A stretch of 64,000 nucleotides of DNA, taken from the NCBI GenBank assembly GCA_963555825.3, contig CAUVXB020000002.1:1600001-1664000 (forward strand), given 5' to 3'. The position numbers and the translations under genes are program-made. The notes under the pieces are model-generated. The model ran no database searches. It saw nothing but the letters and a program-made list of their open reading frames with translations, and was not told the origin of the DNA. Shown piece by piece: positions 9,640 to 19,412 of the stretch. This DNA is from Alphaproteobacteria bacterium (GTDB taxonomy: Bacteria; Pseudomonadota; Alphaproteobacteria; JAAXGF01). How positions within the stretch are numbered: the stretch's first letter is position 1; every line of letters begins with the position of its first letter.

Positions 9640-10281
9640 CTACTCCGCCGCGCGGGCGGTGTCGTCCGGCGCGCCGACCGTGGCGACGCCGATCATGCTG
9701 TCGCGTGTGACCAAATCGGCCAATTCGGCCTCGCTCATGGCTTCGGTGCCGGCGGGGCGCATCGGCAGCACCAGGTAGCGCATGTCGGCGGTCGAATCGT
9801 GGATGCGGACCTCGATGTCACCGGCCAGGATCGTACCGAACTCGGCGAGCACCGCGCGCGGTTCGTGGACCACGCGCTTGCGGTAGTTCAGGCTCTTGTA
9901 CCAGGCCGGCGGCAGCCCGAGCACCGAGCGCGGATAGCACGAACACAGCGTGCAGACGACGGTATTGTGCACTTGCGCCGTGTTCTCGACGACGACCAGC
10001 TGCGCGCTGGTCACCTCGATGCCGAGCTCGATGGCCGCGGCGCGGCCGTCGGCCAGCAACCGCGCCTTATAGTCGGCATCGAGCCATGCGCGGGTGACCA
10101 TGCGCGCGCCGCCGGCCGGCGAGCGCTGCTCCATCCACTCGATCGCGCGGCGCTCGTCATCGGCCGTGAAGACGCCCTTCTCGATCAACAGTTCGCGCAG
10201 CGCCGTGCCGAGATGGCGGTAGTAGTCGCCCGGTTCCGGATCGTCTGGCCGTGGCGGCGGGTGGTCGTGGTCATGCGCCAT
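9640..10281 (-). CDS. Nitrile hydratase alpha / thiocyanate hydrolase gamma subunit (Co-type)
   Basis: VVCTLCSCYP metal motif, LGLPPAWYKS, VRIHDSTADMRYLVLPMRP. Confidence 0.92.
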   Translation of the reverse strand: MAHDHDHPPPRPDDPEPGDYYRHLGTALRELLIEKGVFTADDERRAIEWMEQRSPAGGARMVTRAWLDADYKARLLADGRAAAIELGIEVTSAQLVVVENTAQVHNTVVCTLCSCYPRSVLGLPPAWYKSLNYRKRVVHEPRAVLAEFGTILAGDIEVRIHDSTADMRYLVLPMRPAGTEAMSEAELADLVTRDSMIGVATVGAPDDTARAAE

Positions 10282-10297
10282 GTTGCGTCTCTCCCGG

Positions 10298-10582
10298 TCA
10301 GGCGGGTTCGAGCCAATGCTCGAATATCTCGATTTCGAGCGTGTCGCCGGCGGCCTCGGCGTAATCGGGCCAAATGTCGGTCTGCGCGAGGTGGACCCGG
10401 TAGAGCGTCTGGGACGGCTCGCCGTAACGACCGTAGGCCAGCAGTTCCGGCTCGCCGAAGGCGCCGCAGACACGCTCGATCACGCCCGGTTTGCCGCGCA
10501 CATAGAGCGGCGTGCGGTTGTGTCGGTCCTCGTGGCGATCGACGATGCGCACGCGGTCGCCGACATCGAAACGCGGCGTCAC
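10298..10582 (-). CDS. Nitrile hydratase beta C-terminal (SH3-like) subunit, ScnA-like
   Basis: PRFDVGDRVR, HNRTPLYVRGKPGVI, LYRV, IEIFEHWLEPA; GTG start overlaps the upstream TGA (GTGA). Confidence 0.85.
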   Translation of the reverse strand: MTPRFDVGDRVRIVDRHEDRHNRTPLYVRGKPGVIERVCGAFGEPELLAYGRYGEPSQTLYRVHLAQTDIWPDYAEAAGDTLEIEIFEHWLEPA

Positions 10583-10914
10583 GGGCTGGGCTCCTCGCGC
10601 GCCGCGACGGCGGCGATGCGGTCGTCGAGTTCCTTCCGGCCGACGACGCCCTTGCCGACCAGCACGCCCGCGATCGAGGCGATCCAACGCTCGTAATAGC
10701 TCATCGTGAGATAGGCGTCGGGCGGCAGCGATTCGATGCCGAGGCGCAGCTCGGCGACATCGAAAATATTGGGGTCGTGACGGCCGACCAGTGTCATCAG
10801 CGCGTCGACGCGTTGCTCCCAGAAGGTCGGGTCGTGCTCGGCGCGGTCGATCGGGCCGCCGGGCAGGCCGCCGACGTCATGCACACCGCGTTCGCCGTCG
10901 TCGTGGATCGTCAT
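10579..10914 (-). CDS. Nitrile hydratase beta N-terminal subunit, ScnB-like
   Basis: GVHDVGG, FWEQRVDAL, ELRLGIESL..YLTMSYYERW. Confidence 0.85.
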   Translation of the reverse strand: MTIHDDGERGVHDVGGLPGGPIDRAEHDPTFWEQRVDALMTLVGRHDPNIFDVAELRLGIESLPPDAYLTMSYYERWIASIAGVLVGKGVVGRKELDDRIAAVAAREEPSP

Positions 10915-11034
10915 AGACGAACTGTGGCGCGGTGCGCCCGTGTTGGCAAGCCCGATGCCATACGAATGCATGCTTGCCAGCGGCCCATGCCGGGGCGATC
11001 CTGTCGCGGCACCGCGCGGCCAAGGAGGCGCGAC

Positions 11035-11907
11035 TTGAACATCGAATGCATCGGCGAGGCGAGATACCATCTGGGCGAGGGTCCGCTCTGGGACCCGGTC
11101 GACGGCGTGCTCTATTTCGTCGATTCGTTGGCGCCCGCGGTATTTCGCCACGACCCAACGAGCGGCGCCATTGCGCGCCGCGACCTGCCGGGCGAGACTG
11201 TAGGCTCGCTGGCGCTGCGCGACGCCGGCGGCATGGTGCTGGCGATGGCCGACGGCTTCCACGCCTATGATTTCGAGACCGGCGCGCTCGAGGCCATCGC
11301 CGAGCCCGAGGCGGGCGTCGCCAACACGCGCTTCAACGACGGCAAGGTCGACCGGCGCGGCCGCTTCGTCGCCGGCTCTCTCGAACGCGACTTCGCGGCG
11401 CGCAGCGGTGCGCTCTATCGGCTCGACACCGACCTCTCGGTGAGCCAAATCGAGGACCGCGTGGTTTGCGCCAACGGCCCGTGTTGGAGCCCCGACGGGG
11501 CGACGTTCTACTTCACCGACGGCGGGCGCGCCGAGATCTACGCCTACGACTACGACGGCGCGGCGGGCACCGTCGCCAACCGCCGCGTCTTCGCCGCGGC
11601 GGAGCCGATCGGCGGCCATCCCGACGGCGCGACGGTCGATGCGCAAGGTTTCGTGTGGAGCGCCCTGTTCGGCGGCGCCAAGGTGGCCCGCTTCGCGCCC
11701 GACGGCCGGCTCGATCGCACCGTCGATCTGCCGGCCAAACTGGTCACAAGCGTGATGTTCGGCGGCGCGGACCTCGACTTGCTCTACGTCACCTCGGCGC
11801 GCGGCGACGGCGGCGACGCGCGCGACGACACGCCTGAGGCAGGCGCGCTATTTCGGATCGACGGTCTCGGCGTCGCCGGTCTGCCCGAACCACGCTTCGC
11901 GGGATAG
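11035..11907 (+). CDS. SMP-30/gluconolactonase/LRE family protein
   Basis: LGEGPLWD, RFNDGKVD, NGPCWSPDG, PDGATVD; TTG start with AAGGAGG RBS. Confidence 0.9.
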   Translation: MNIECIGEARYHLGEGPLWDPVDGVLYFVDSLAPAVFRHDPTSGAIARRDLPGETVGSLALRDAGGMVLAMADGFHAYDFETGALEAIAEPEAGVANTRFNDGKVDRRGRFVAGSLERDFAARSGALYRLDTDLSVSQIEDRVVCANGPCWSPDGATFYFTDGGRAEIYAYDYDGAAGTVANRRVFAAAEPIGGHPDGATVDAQGFVWSALFGGAKVARFAPDGRLDRTVDLPAKLVTSVMFGGADLDLLYVTSARGDGGDARDDTPEAGALFRIDGLGVAGLPEPRFAG

Positions 11908-11974
11908 AGGAGGCGCGATGCCCGGGACCGCCGCGGTTCGCCGGCCGGGCGCAATGAGATGGTGAGGCTCTCAC

Positions 11975-12529
11975 ATGGCGTTGCTTGGGGTGCTGGCGGG
12001 CGTGACCCTGCTCGGCGTCGTGACTGCCGCGACGGCGGCGGAGCCCGGCTCGGGGCAGGCTGTCGCCGGGCTTCAGGCCTCCCTTCGGGTCGACCGAGCG
12101 CGCGCGTTGATCGGCGGTGAGGGATCGAACCTGAGATTTTTCCTCGCCAATGTAAGCAACCGGCCGATCAAGATTTTCGGCCGCCCGGCGTTCAGGTGGC
12201 CTGGAACCAACTCGCTTGCCACCGTTGGCGTGGCGATCGTCAGCTTGGATGAGACGGCCTATGAACCAACCGAGCAGATATCAGACCTTACGAAGGCGCC
12301 GCGCGCGGAGGAGTTTACTTGGCTGGGGCCGGGCGATACCGTGTCGGCCGGACCGATATCCGTCCAAGGCGCGCGCGGGATCAGACAAGCCGGTCGGTTT
12401 CGCATCACCGCGTCCTACAGCAATCACTTCGTGGATTGGGTGAGCCAAGACGGTACCGTCCACGAAGAACCCGACGTATGGACCGGCACTGTCGTCTCGA
12501 ATGCCGTGACGACCGACATCGAGGAATAG
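11975..12529 (+). CDS. Hypothetical secreted protein
   Basis: Signal-peptide-like N-terminus, beta-rich body ending WTGTVVSN. Confidence 0.6.
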   Translation: MALLGVLAGVTLLGVVTAATAAEPGSGQAVAGLQASLRVDRARALIGGEGSNLRFFLANVSNRPIKIFGRPAFRWPGTNSLATVGVAIVSLDETAYEPTEQISDLTKAPRAEEFTWLGPGDTVSAGPISVQGARGIRQAGRFRITASYSNHFVDWVSQDGTVHEEPDVWTGTVVSNAVTTDIEE

Positions 12530-12572
12530 GCGGCCCGACCGAACCGCGTTTCGCCGGACATGGGAGTAGATC

Positions 12573-13436
12573 GTGACCGACGCCACTCGAGCGAACGACC
12601 CCAACGCCGAGCAGATCGAGTTCTGGAACGGCCCGGCGGCCGAAAAGTGGGTCGACTTCAACGCCGAACTCGACCGCATGCTCGACCCGCTCGGCGATCT
12701 CGCGATGGACCGTGTCGCGCCCGCGCCGAGCGAGCACGCGCTCGACGTCGGCTGCGGCTGCGGCGGCACGACGCTCGAGCTGGCGCGCCGCGTCGCGCCC
12801 ACCGGCGCGGTGACCGGCCTCGACGTCTCCGAACCGATGCTGGCGGTTGCGCGCGGGCGCACCCGGGACGCCGCCGCGCCGGTCCACATCGTCGGCGGCG
12901 ACGCCGAGGTCTGCGAATTGCCCGCCACGACCTTCGATCTCGTCTACTCGCGCTTCGGTGTGATGTTCTTCGCCAACCCGGAGGCCGCCTTCGTCAACAT
13001 CGGCGGCGCGCTCAAGCCGGCCGGCCGGCTCGCCTTTGTCAGCTGGCGGTTGCCTGCCGAGAACCCCTGGGTCACGGTGCCGTTCGAGGCGGCGCGGCCG
13101 CTGTTGCCGAGCTTCGAGCCGCCGGGCCCGAACGAGCCGGGCCAGTTCGCCTTCGCCGATAGCGCGCGGGTCGAGGGCATCCTGGCCGCCGCCGGCTTCA
13201 CCGAGATCCGCTCCGAACCGCATGACGTCATGCTGCGCGTCGGCGACGGCGACCTCGACACCTGCGTCGAGGTTACGCTCAAGCTCGGGCCGGTGTCGCG
13301 CCTTCTGCGCGAGGCCGGCGAGCAAGCCGTACCGCCGGTCGCCGCCGCGATCCGCGAGGCCGTCGCGCCCTACCACACCGGCGAGACGCTCGAGATGATG
13401 TCGGCGGTCTGGGTCGTCAGCGCGCGGCGCGCCTGA
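12573..13436 (+). CDS. Class I SAM-dependent methyltransferase
   Basis: LDVGCGCG, GLDVSEPML, SRFGVMFF. Confidence 0.9.
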   Translation: MTDATRANDPNAEQIEFWNGPAAEKWVDFNAELDRMLDPLGDLAMDRVAPAPSEHALDVGCGCGGTTLELARRVAPTGAVTGLDVSEPMLAVARGRTRDAAAPVHIVGGDAEVCELPATTFDLVYSRFGVMFFANPEAAFVNIGGALKPAGRLAFVSWRLPAENPWVTVPFEAARPLLPSFEPPGPNEPGQFAFADSARVEGILAAAGFTEIRSEPHDVMLRVGDGDLDTCVEVTLKLGPVSRLLREAGEQAVPPVAAAIREAVAPYHTGETLEMMSAVWVVSARRA

Positions 13437-13444
13437 GGCCGGCG

Positions 13445-14278
13445 ATGCTGTCCTCTGATCAAGCGCGCCAAACCATCCCGCGTGCGAAGCGCATTCGCAT
13501 CCTGAACGGCACGGCGGCGCTCGCCGTGGCGGTCGCCCTGTTCGCGGCGCCGTTCGATGCACCCGAGAGCTACTATCACTTCACCGATACGCGCGCCATG
13601 CTCGGCGTACCCAACTTCGGCGACGTCGCCTCGAACCTGGCGTTCCTCGCCACCGGCGCCTTGGGGCTTGCTTGGTTATGGTCGGCGGCCGGGCGGGCGC
13701 GATTGACACCACGCGAGCGCGCGCCCTTCGCCATTTTCTTCGCCGGCGTCGTCGCCACCACCTTCGGTTCGGCTTACTTCCATCTGGCGCCGCTGACACC
13801 GGACGGCGGCCCAAACAACTGGGGCATGCTGTGGGACCGGCTGCCGATCACGGTGGCGTTTACCGCCGTCTTCGCCGGCTTCATCGCCGATCGGGTGAGC
13901 GCGCGGGCCGGCGCCGTCGCGCTGCCGCTCGTCATCGCCTTCGGCGTCGCGGCGACGGTCTACTGGTACGTCACCGCCTGGCCCGGCGACCTACGCATCT
14001 ATTCACTCGTCCAGGCCTATCCGGCACTGGCGATCCCGTTGATGTGCTGGCTGTTCCCCGGGCGCCTGACGACCGGCCGCCACGTCGCCGGGCTGCTCGC
14101 CTTCTACGGTCTGGCCAAGGCCTGCGAGGCCTTCGACGGCGAGATATTCGATCTCCTGGGCGGCGCCGTTTCGGGCCACACCCTCAAGCATCTGCTCGCG
14201 GCGGTCAGCGTCTACGTCGTCGTGGCCATGCTGCGCCGCGCGCCGGTCGACAATGAGGCCGGCCGCGCGGCACGGTAG
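13445..14278 (+). CDS. Ceramidase-like (CREST superfamily) membrane hydrolase
   Basis: YYHFTDTR, VASNLAF, GSAYFH, WDRLP, SGHTLKH. Confidence 0.8.
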   Translation: MLSSDQARQTIPRAKRIRILNGTAALAVAVALFAAPFDAPESYYHFTDTRAMLGVPNFGDVASNLAFLATGALGLAWLWSAAGRARLTPRERAPFAIFFAGVVATTFGSAYFHLAPLTPDGGPNNWGMLWDRLPITVAFTAVFAGFIADRVSARAGAVALPLVIAFGVAATVYWYVTAWPGDLRIYSLVQAYPALAIPLMCWLFPGRLTTGRHVAGLLAFYGLAKACEAFDGEIFDLLGGAVSGHTLKHLLAAVSVYVVVAMLRRAPVDNEAGRAAR

Positions 14279-14405
14279 GCGCGTTGGCGACATCGGCCGG
14301 TTCATCGAAGCATCGGGCGTGTGATCGCCGGATGCATGCCGGGGTCCGATTGCCGGGCGAAAGCAGGTGCCGGAAACCAGGCGCGCCGATGTCTGGAATT
14401 GAACC

Positions 14406-16087
14406 AGCCTGTGTGAAAACGTCGATGGTGTTATGATTCTCTCGTGCTTTGGCGGGAGGGTCTGATGAAGCGTTTTGTCGAGGGTGTCGATCGCAGCCAG
14501 GGCACGTTGTTTCCGGAGCGCCGGGAAGACTGGATCGGCGACGACAACCCGGTTCGGGCGATCGACGTCTTCGTCGATGAGCTCGATCTTGGCGGCCTCG
14601 GGTTCGACCGGGTCGAGCCGCTGGCGACCGGCAGGCCGGCCTATCATCCTTGCGATTTGTTGAAGCTCTACATCTACGGCTATCTCAACCGGGTTCAGTC
14701 GAGCCGTCGGCTCGAGAGGGAGGCCGGGCGCAATGTGGAAGTGATGTGGCTGGTCGGCCGGCTGGCGCCGGATCACAAGACGATCGCCGACTTCCGCAAG
14801 GACAACGGCCGTGCGATCCGCAAGGTCTGCGCCCGGTTCGTCGCGCTGTGCCGGCAACTCGGGCTGTTCGCCGAGGCGAGCGTGGCGATCGATGGCTCGA
14901 AGTTCAAGGCGGTCAACAGCCGGGACAGGAACTTCACGCGGGCCAAGATGGCGCGGCGGGTGGCGCAGATCGAGGAGAGCGTTGCGCGCTATCTGGACCA
15001 GTTGGACAGCGCCGACCGGCAAGAGCCGTCGCTGGCGCGCACGACCAAGACGACTCGTCTGGCCGACAAGATCGCGATCCTCAAGGAGGAGATGCGGCGC
15101 CTGAAGGCGCTTGAAGTCGAGCGGCGTGCGAGCCCGGACCAGCAGATCTCTCTGAGCGATCCCGATGCCCGCTCGATGGCGACGAGCGGCCGGGGTTCCG
15201 GCGTGGTCGGCTACAACGTTCAGGCCGCCGTCGACACCAAGCACCACCTGATCGTCGCCCACGAGGTGACCAATCAGGGCACCGACCGCGTCCAGCTCTC
15301 AGCCATGGCGAAGCGGACCAAGGCGGCTCTGGAGACCGACGAGTTGGATGTCGTTGCCGATCGCGGCTACTACAACGGCAAGGAGATTCTGGCCTGCGAT
15401 GAGGCCGGCATCACCGTCACATTGCCTAAGCCGCTGACCTCTGGAGCCAAGGCCAAGGGCCGCTTCGGCAAACAGGACTTCGTCTATCTGGCCGCCGACG
15501 ATGTCTATCGCTGCCCGGCCGGCGAGCGTTTGGTCTACCGCTTCACCAGCCAGGAGAGGGGGCTGAGCATGCGGCGCTACTGGACCAACGCCTGTCAGGG
15601 ATGCGCCATCAAGCATCGCTGCACCACGGCCAAGCAGCGCCGCATCACCCGCTGGCAGCACGAGCATGTTCTCGAGGCCGTCGAGAGGCGGCTCGACGAG
15701 CACCCGGAGGCGATGCGTCGGCGGCGCGAGACGGCCGAGCATCCCTTCGGCACCATCAAGTCCTGGATGGGCGCGACGCATTTCCAGACGAAGACGCTGA
15801 AACGGGTGAGGACCGAGATGGCCCTGCACGTGCTGGCCTACAATCTCAAGCGCGTCATGAACATCACGGGCATCGACCCGCTGATCGCGGCGATGAGGAC
15901 CGCATAGGCCTCTCTGCGCCGCAAATTGCGCCCATATCCGGCCAAATCGCAGCTCACACCGGCGCCAGCCGGCCGACAGGTCCGCACGAGTGGCGAAAAT
16001 CCTTAATCCCGGAATACCCGCCGCGACGGATCATCGAAGCCAAAGACGCGCCGTACAGATCACGCAGCAAACGTTCTTACACAGTCT
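14406..16087 (+). mobile_element. IS1182 family insertion sequence
   Basis: Imperfect terminal IRs AGCCTGTGTGAAAACG / CGTTCTTACACAGTCT around the transposase. Confidence 0.85.
14465..15907 (+). CDS. IS1182 family transposase
   Basis: GRPAYHP..LLKLYIYGY, PDHKTIADFRK, IDGSKFKA, SDPDAR, ADRGY, EHPFGTIK. Confidence 0.95.
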   Translation: MKRFVEGVDRSQGTLFPERREDWIGDDNPVRAIDVFVDELDLGGLGFDRVEPLATGRPAYHPCDLLKLYIYGYLNRVQSSRRLEREAGRNVEVMWLVGRLAPDHKTIADFRKDNGRAIRKVCARFVALCRQLGLFAEASVAIDGSKFKAVNSRDRNFTRAKMARRVAQIEESVARYLDQLDSADRQEPSLARTTKTTRLADKIAILKEEMRRLKALEVERRASPDQQISLSDPDARSMATSGRGSGVVGYNVQAAVDTKHHLIVAHEVTNQGTDRVQLSAMAKRTKAALETDELDVVADRGYYNGKEILACDEAGITVTLPKPLTSGAKAKGRFGKQDFVYLAADDVYRCPAGERLVYRFTSQERGLSMRRYWTNACQGCAIKHRCTTAKQRRITRWQHEHVLEAVERRLDEHPEAMRRRRETAEHPFGTIKSWMGATHFQTKTLKRVRTEMALHVLAYNLKRVMNITGIDPLIAAMRTA

Positions 16088-16204
16088 GGAACCGGAGCCG
16101 ACATTTAACGTCGCGCGACTGTCGGTGCATAGATGCGCCTCGCCCTGCGGTGTTCGTAACCGACAGTGAAACGGGGTAGTCTATTGGCCATAAGGAGATG
16201 AGCG

Positions 16205-16900
16205 ATGAGACGCCTCGTGCTTGTCGCGGCGCTGGGCCTGTATTTTCCGGGCGTGGCATTCGGGCTGAGCTGCGCGCGGCCGAGCCTGGACGAAACCGCC
16301 ATCGATGCCGCCATCATGATATTCGAGGGGACCGCGGGTCCGAAACGCTCACTCGATCTTCGCGAAAAAGAGGCCGTCCGACTGTACGCCATCGAAGCCA
16401 TATTTGACAGTGCCGAGGACCTGAAGGTCTACGGTTTCACGGTGACGCAGGGCTGGAAAGGAGCGACGACGGGGCAGAGCATCGATGTCCTCTTCAACAG
16501 CTATTGGGGAGACGGTTTTGCCGAGGGCGAAACCTACCTCGTGGTCAGCCCGCGTCAGGTTGGAAATCTCTTCTGGGCGCCGCTTTGCGGCCACACTATC
16601 GATATGAGACACGCCACCGATATCGGCAATCTCGCCATGCTTGAGCGGCTGATCGGTATCGGCCAACACATGAAGGTCGGTATGGAGGACCGCGTCTGCC
16701 GGCGTGCCGAAGACTGCACCTCGGTGCAGACCCACTGCGGCGGGTGCAGCTGCGGCACGCCGGTGGCCACGATAGCGGCCGAACGCTACGAGGCGCGGTT
16801 CGAAAGGCTGTGCGCCGCCATACGAATTGCCGAGCGTTGCGAGATGAATTGCCCGCCTCCCGCGTCATCCTGCACGGCGGGATTTTGCGTGGCCGAGTAA
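16205..16900 (+). CDS. Hypothetical secreted cysteine-rich protein
   Basis: AAGGAG RBS, signal peptide, LSCARP..IFEG N-domain, C-terminal Cys-rich module. Confidence 0.7.
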   Translation: MRRLVLVAALGLYFPGVAFGLSCARPSLDETAIDAAIMIFEGTAGPKRSLDLREKEAVRLYAIEAIFDSAEDLKVYGFTVTQGWKGATTGQSIDVLFNSYWGDGFAEGETYLVVSPRQVGNLFWAPLCGHTIDMRHATDIGNLAMLERLIGIGQHMKVGMEDRVCRRAEDCTSVQTHCGGCSCGTPVATIAAERYEARFERLCAAIRIAERCEMNCPPPASSCTAGFCVAE

Positions 16901-17119
16901 AAAGCGGCACCCGGCGACGGAGTCGAAACAGCTAGTGCGCTGACGCAGACAGGTGATTCGCCCGATCGACACACGGTGCCGCATGACACCTCCCCCAAAG
17001 CGCCCGCTTGCCGCCCGAAAGCAAAAGCGACAACTCTGAAATTCCGGGCTCGGGCCTCCGAGGTCCGCTATCCGCTCGTAATCAGGCGCCGTGCGATTAC
17101 GCCGCCAATGTCCGCATTT

Positions 17120-17255
17120 GATGCGGTGGACGGCTCCCGCCTGCCGGCATCTAGATGCCAAAATGGTGGTTTTCATGAACCAAAGGGAAATTAGGAGCCG
17201 TCCTATGAGCAAAGTTATCACGATCGGTGTTGATCTTGCGAAGAACGTATTCCAG
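17120..17255 (+). pseudogene. IS110 family left end plus 17 codons of transposase, truncated by IS21
   Basis: MSKVITIGVDLAKNVFQ (17205-17255) is the typical DEDD N-terminus; upstream GGACGGCTCC/GGAGCCGTCC hairpin. Confidence 0.75.
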
Positions 17256-18132
17256 TGAGAACGGCAGAGCAATAATCCCCCACTGAAGCGGCCGGTCGAT
17301 CCGGCTGCGGCGGACCAAAATGGGACCGCGTATAGCCTTCTGTCAGGGTTGCTCTGACTGGAAGGCGGGGGGGATGTATCGGGTGGAGTTGTACGCACGG
17401 GTTCGGCGGGCGTGTCATGTCGAGGGGATGAGCACCCGCGAGGCCTCGCGGGTGTTTGGTGTAGACCGCAAGACGGTCCGTAAGATGCTGTCGTTCTCGG
17501 TGCCGCCAGGGTATCGCCGAAGCGCGCCGCCGAGGCGGCCAAAGCTGGGTCCGTTCACGGGAATCATCGATCGGATCTTGGAAGACGATCGGACCAGCCA
17601 CCGCAAGCAACGGCACACTGCGAAGCGCATCTTCGACCGCCTCCGGGACGAGTACGGTTTCACGGGCGGCTACACCATCGTGAAGGACTACGTTCGTGAG
17701 CAGGGGCTTCGGTCGCGTGAGGTGTTCGTGCCACTCTCCCATTCCCCCGGTCACGCCCAGGCGGACTTCGGCGAAGCGATGGCGGTGATCGGCGGCGCGT
17801 TACGGAAGATCCACTTCCTTGCCTTCGACCTTCCCCACAGTGATGGTTGCTTTGTTGCGGCCTATCCGGCGGAGACGACCGAAGCATTCTGCGATGGCCA
17901 CAACGCGGCGTTTGCCTTCTTCGGCGGCGTCCCCCGATCCATCCTGTACGACAACACCAAGCTGGCGGTTGCCCGGATCCTGGGCGATGGGAAGCGGCAG
18001 CGAACGCGCGTCTTCACGGAGCTTCAGTCCCACTATCTGTTCGAGGACAGGTTCGGCCGGCCGGGCAAGGGCAACGACAAGGGCAAGGTCGAGGGACTGG
18101 TCGGCTTCATCCGGCGGAACTTCCTGGTCCCC

Positions 18133-18222
18133 GTCCCGCGTGCCGAGAGCTTCGCGGCCCTCAACGATGCTCTCGCCGAACAGTGCCGCCGGCGCCAGGC
18201 GGCGCGGCTGCGGGGCCACAAG
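18133..18222 (+). repeat. 90-bp direct repeat, copy 1 (copy 2 at 19490-19579)
   Basis: Identical GTCCCGCGTGCC...GGCCACAAG on both sides of the 18223-19489 insert. Confidence 0.95.
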
Positions 18223-18294
18223 ATGCTATGAGGCTGAAGGACGCAGCCTCAAGCTCCTTCGATTATTTCAACCTCGATCAGAAGGAGCGACACG

Positions 18295-19412
18295 ATGGCA
18301 CAGTTTCCGGTATCGACCTCCAATGAACACGCTATTTATGCGGCACTGGAGTTGAGCAAGAACAGCTGGCTTTTGGCGATCCAGGCTCCGGGGCGGGGCA
18401 ATCCGAGCTTGCATCCGATCAAGGGCGGCGACGCTGAAGGACTGATGGCCAAGCTGGACGCGGCGCGGGACCGGGTGGTCAAGGTGACGGGTCGAACGCC
18501 GACGATAACGCTGTGCTACGAGGCCGGCTACGACGGCTTCTGGTTGGCGCGGTTCCTCGAGCAGCGCGGCATCGAGTGTCTGGATGGAGCCGGCCAGCTT
18601 GCGGGTCAACCGCCGGGCGCGGCGGGTGAAGACCGCGCATCGATGTCGAGAATATTCTTCATACGCTGATCGCCTGGTGCCGCGGCGAGCGTCATGTCTG
18701 CTCCATGGTGGTGATTCCGAGCGTCGCGGAGGAGGACCTTCGCCGCTCTCATCGGGAACGTGACCGATTGGTCCGCGAGCGAACCGCCCACATCAACCGG
18801 ATCAAGGGTCTGCTATTCGGTCAGGGCATTCGCGGCATCAATGTCAAGGCGCGCTACAAGACCTTGACACCGGCGGCGCTGGTCACCGGAGACGGCCGAC
18901 CCCTGCCGGACCGTCTCGGCCGCGAGATCGCGCGGGAGATCGCGAGACTGGCCCAGGTCCAAGCGCAGATCGTCGAGGTCGAGCGTGAGCGTGATCAAGC
19001 GCCGACACCGTGTGTGGCCACGGAAAGCAAGCGGCCAGCTGCTGCGCTTAAAGGGCCTCGGCCCGGCCTTATCCACGACGCTCGCACGGGAAGTCTATTA
19101 TCGCCAGTTCGCCAATCGCCGACAGGTGGCAAGCTATATCGGGATCACGCCCAGTGCCTATGACAGCGGCGACGGGCGCCGCAGCCAAGGCATCTCCAAG
19201 GCGGGCAATCGGCTGGCACGGGTTGCCATGATCGAAGCCGCATGGCTTTGGGTCCGCCATCAACCCGATAGCGCTCTGACCCAGTGGTTCCATGACCGCA
19301 CCCAAGGTCAGAAGGGGCGCATCAGGCGCGTCATGATCGTCGCAAACTGGCGATCGCGCTTTGGCGGTATCTGGAAACCGGGCTGATCCCGGTGGGTGCT
19401 GTCGTCAAATAG
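18295..19412 (+). pseudogene. IS110 family transposase, multiply frameshifted
   Basis: AALELSKNSW, CYEAGYDGFW, fragments RRVKT(D)RID, YIGITPSAYDSG..ISKAGN across several frames. Confidence 0.85.

Noticed and set aside
9799-11034. 702-aa fusion ORF upstream of SMP-30
   Set aside because: This part is the antisense shadow of the nitrile hydratase genes; the real start is TTG at 11035 with a strong RBS
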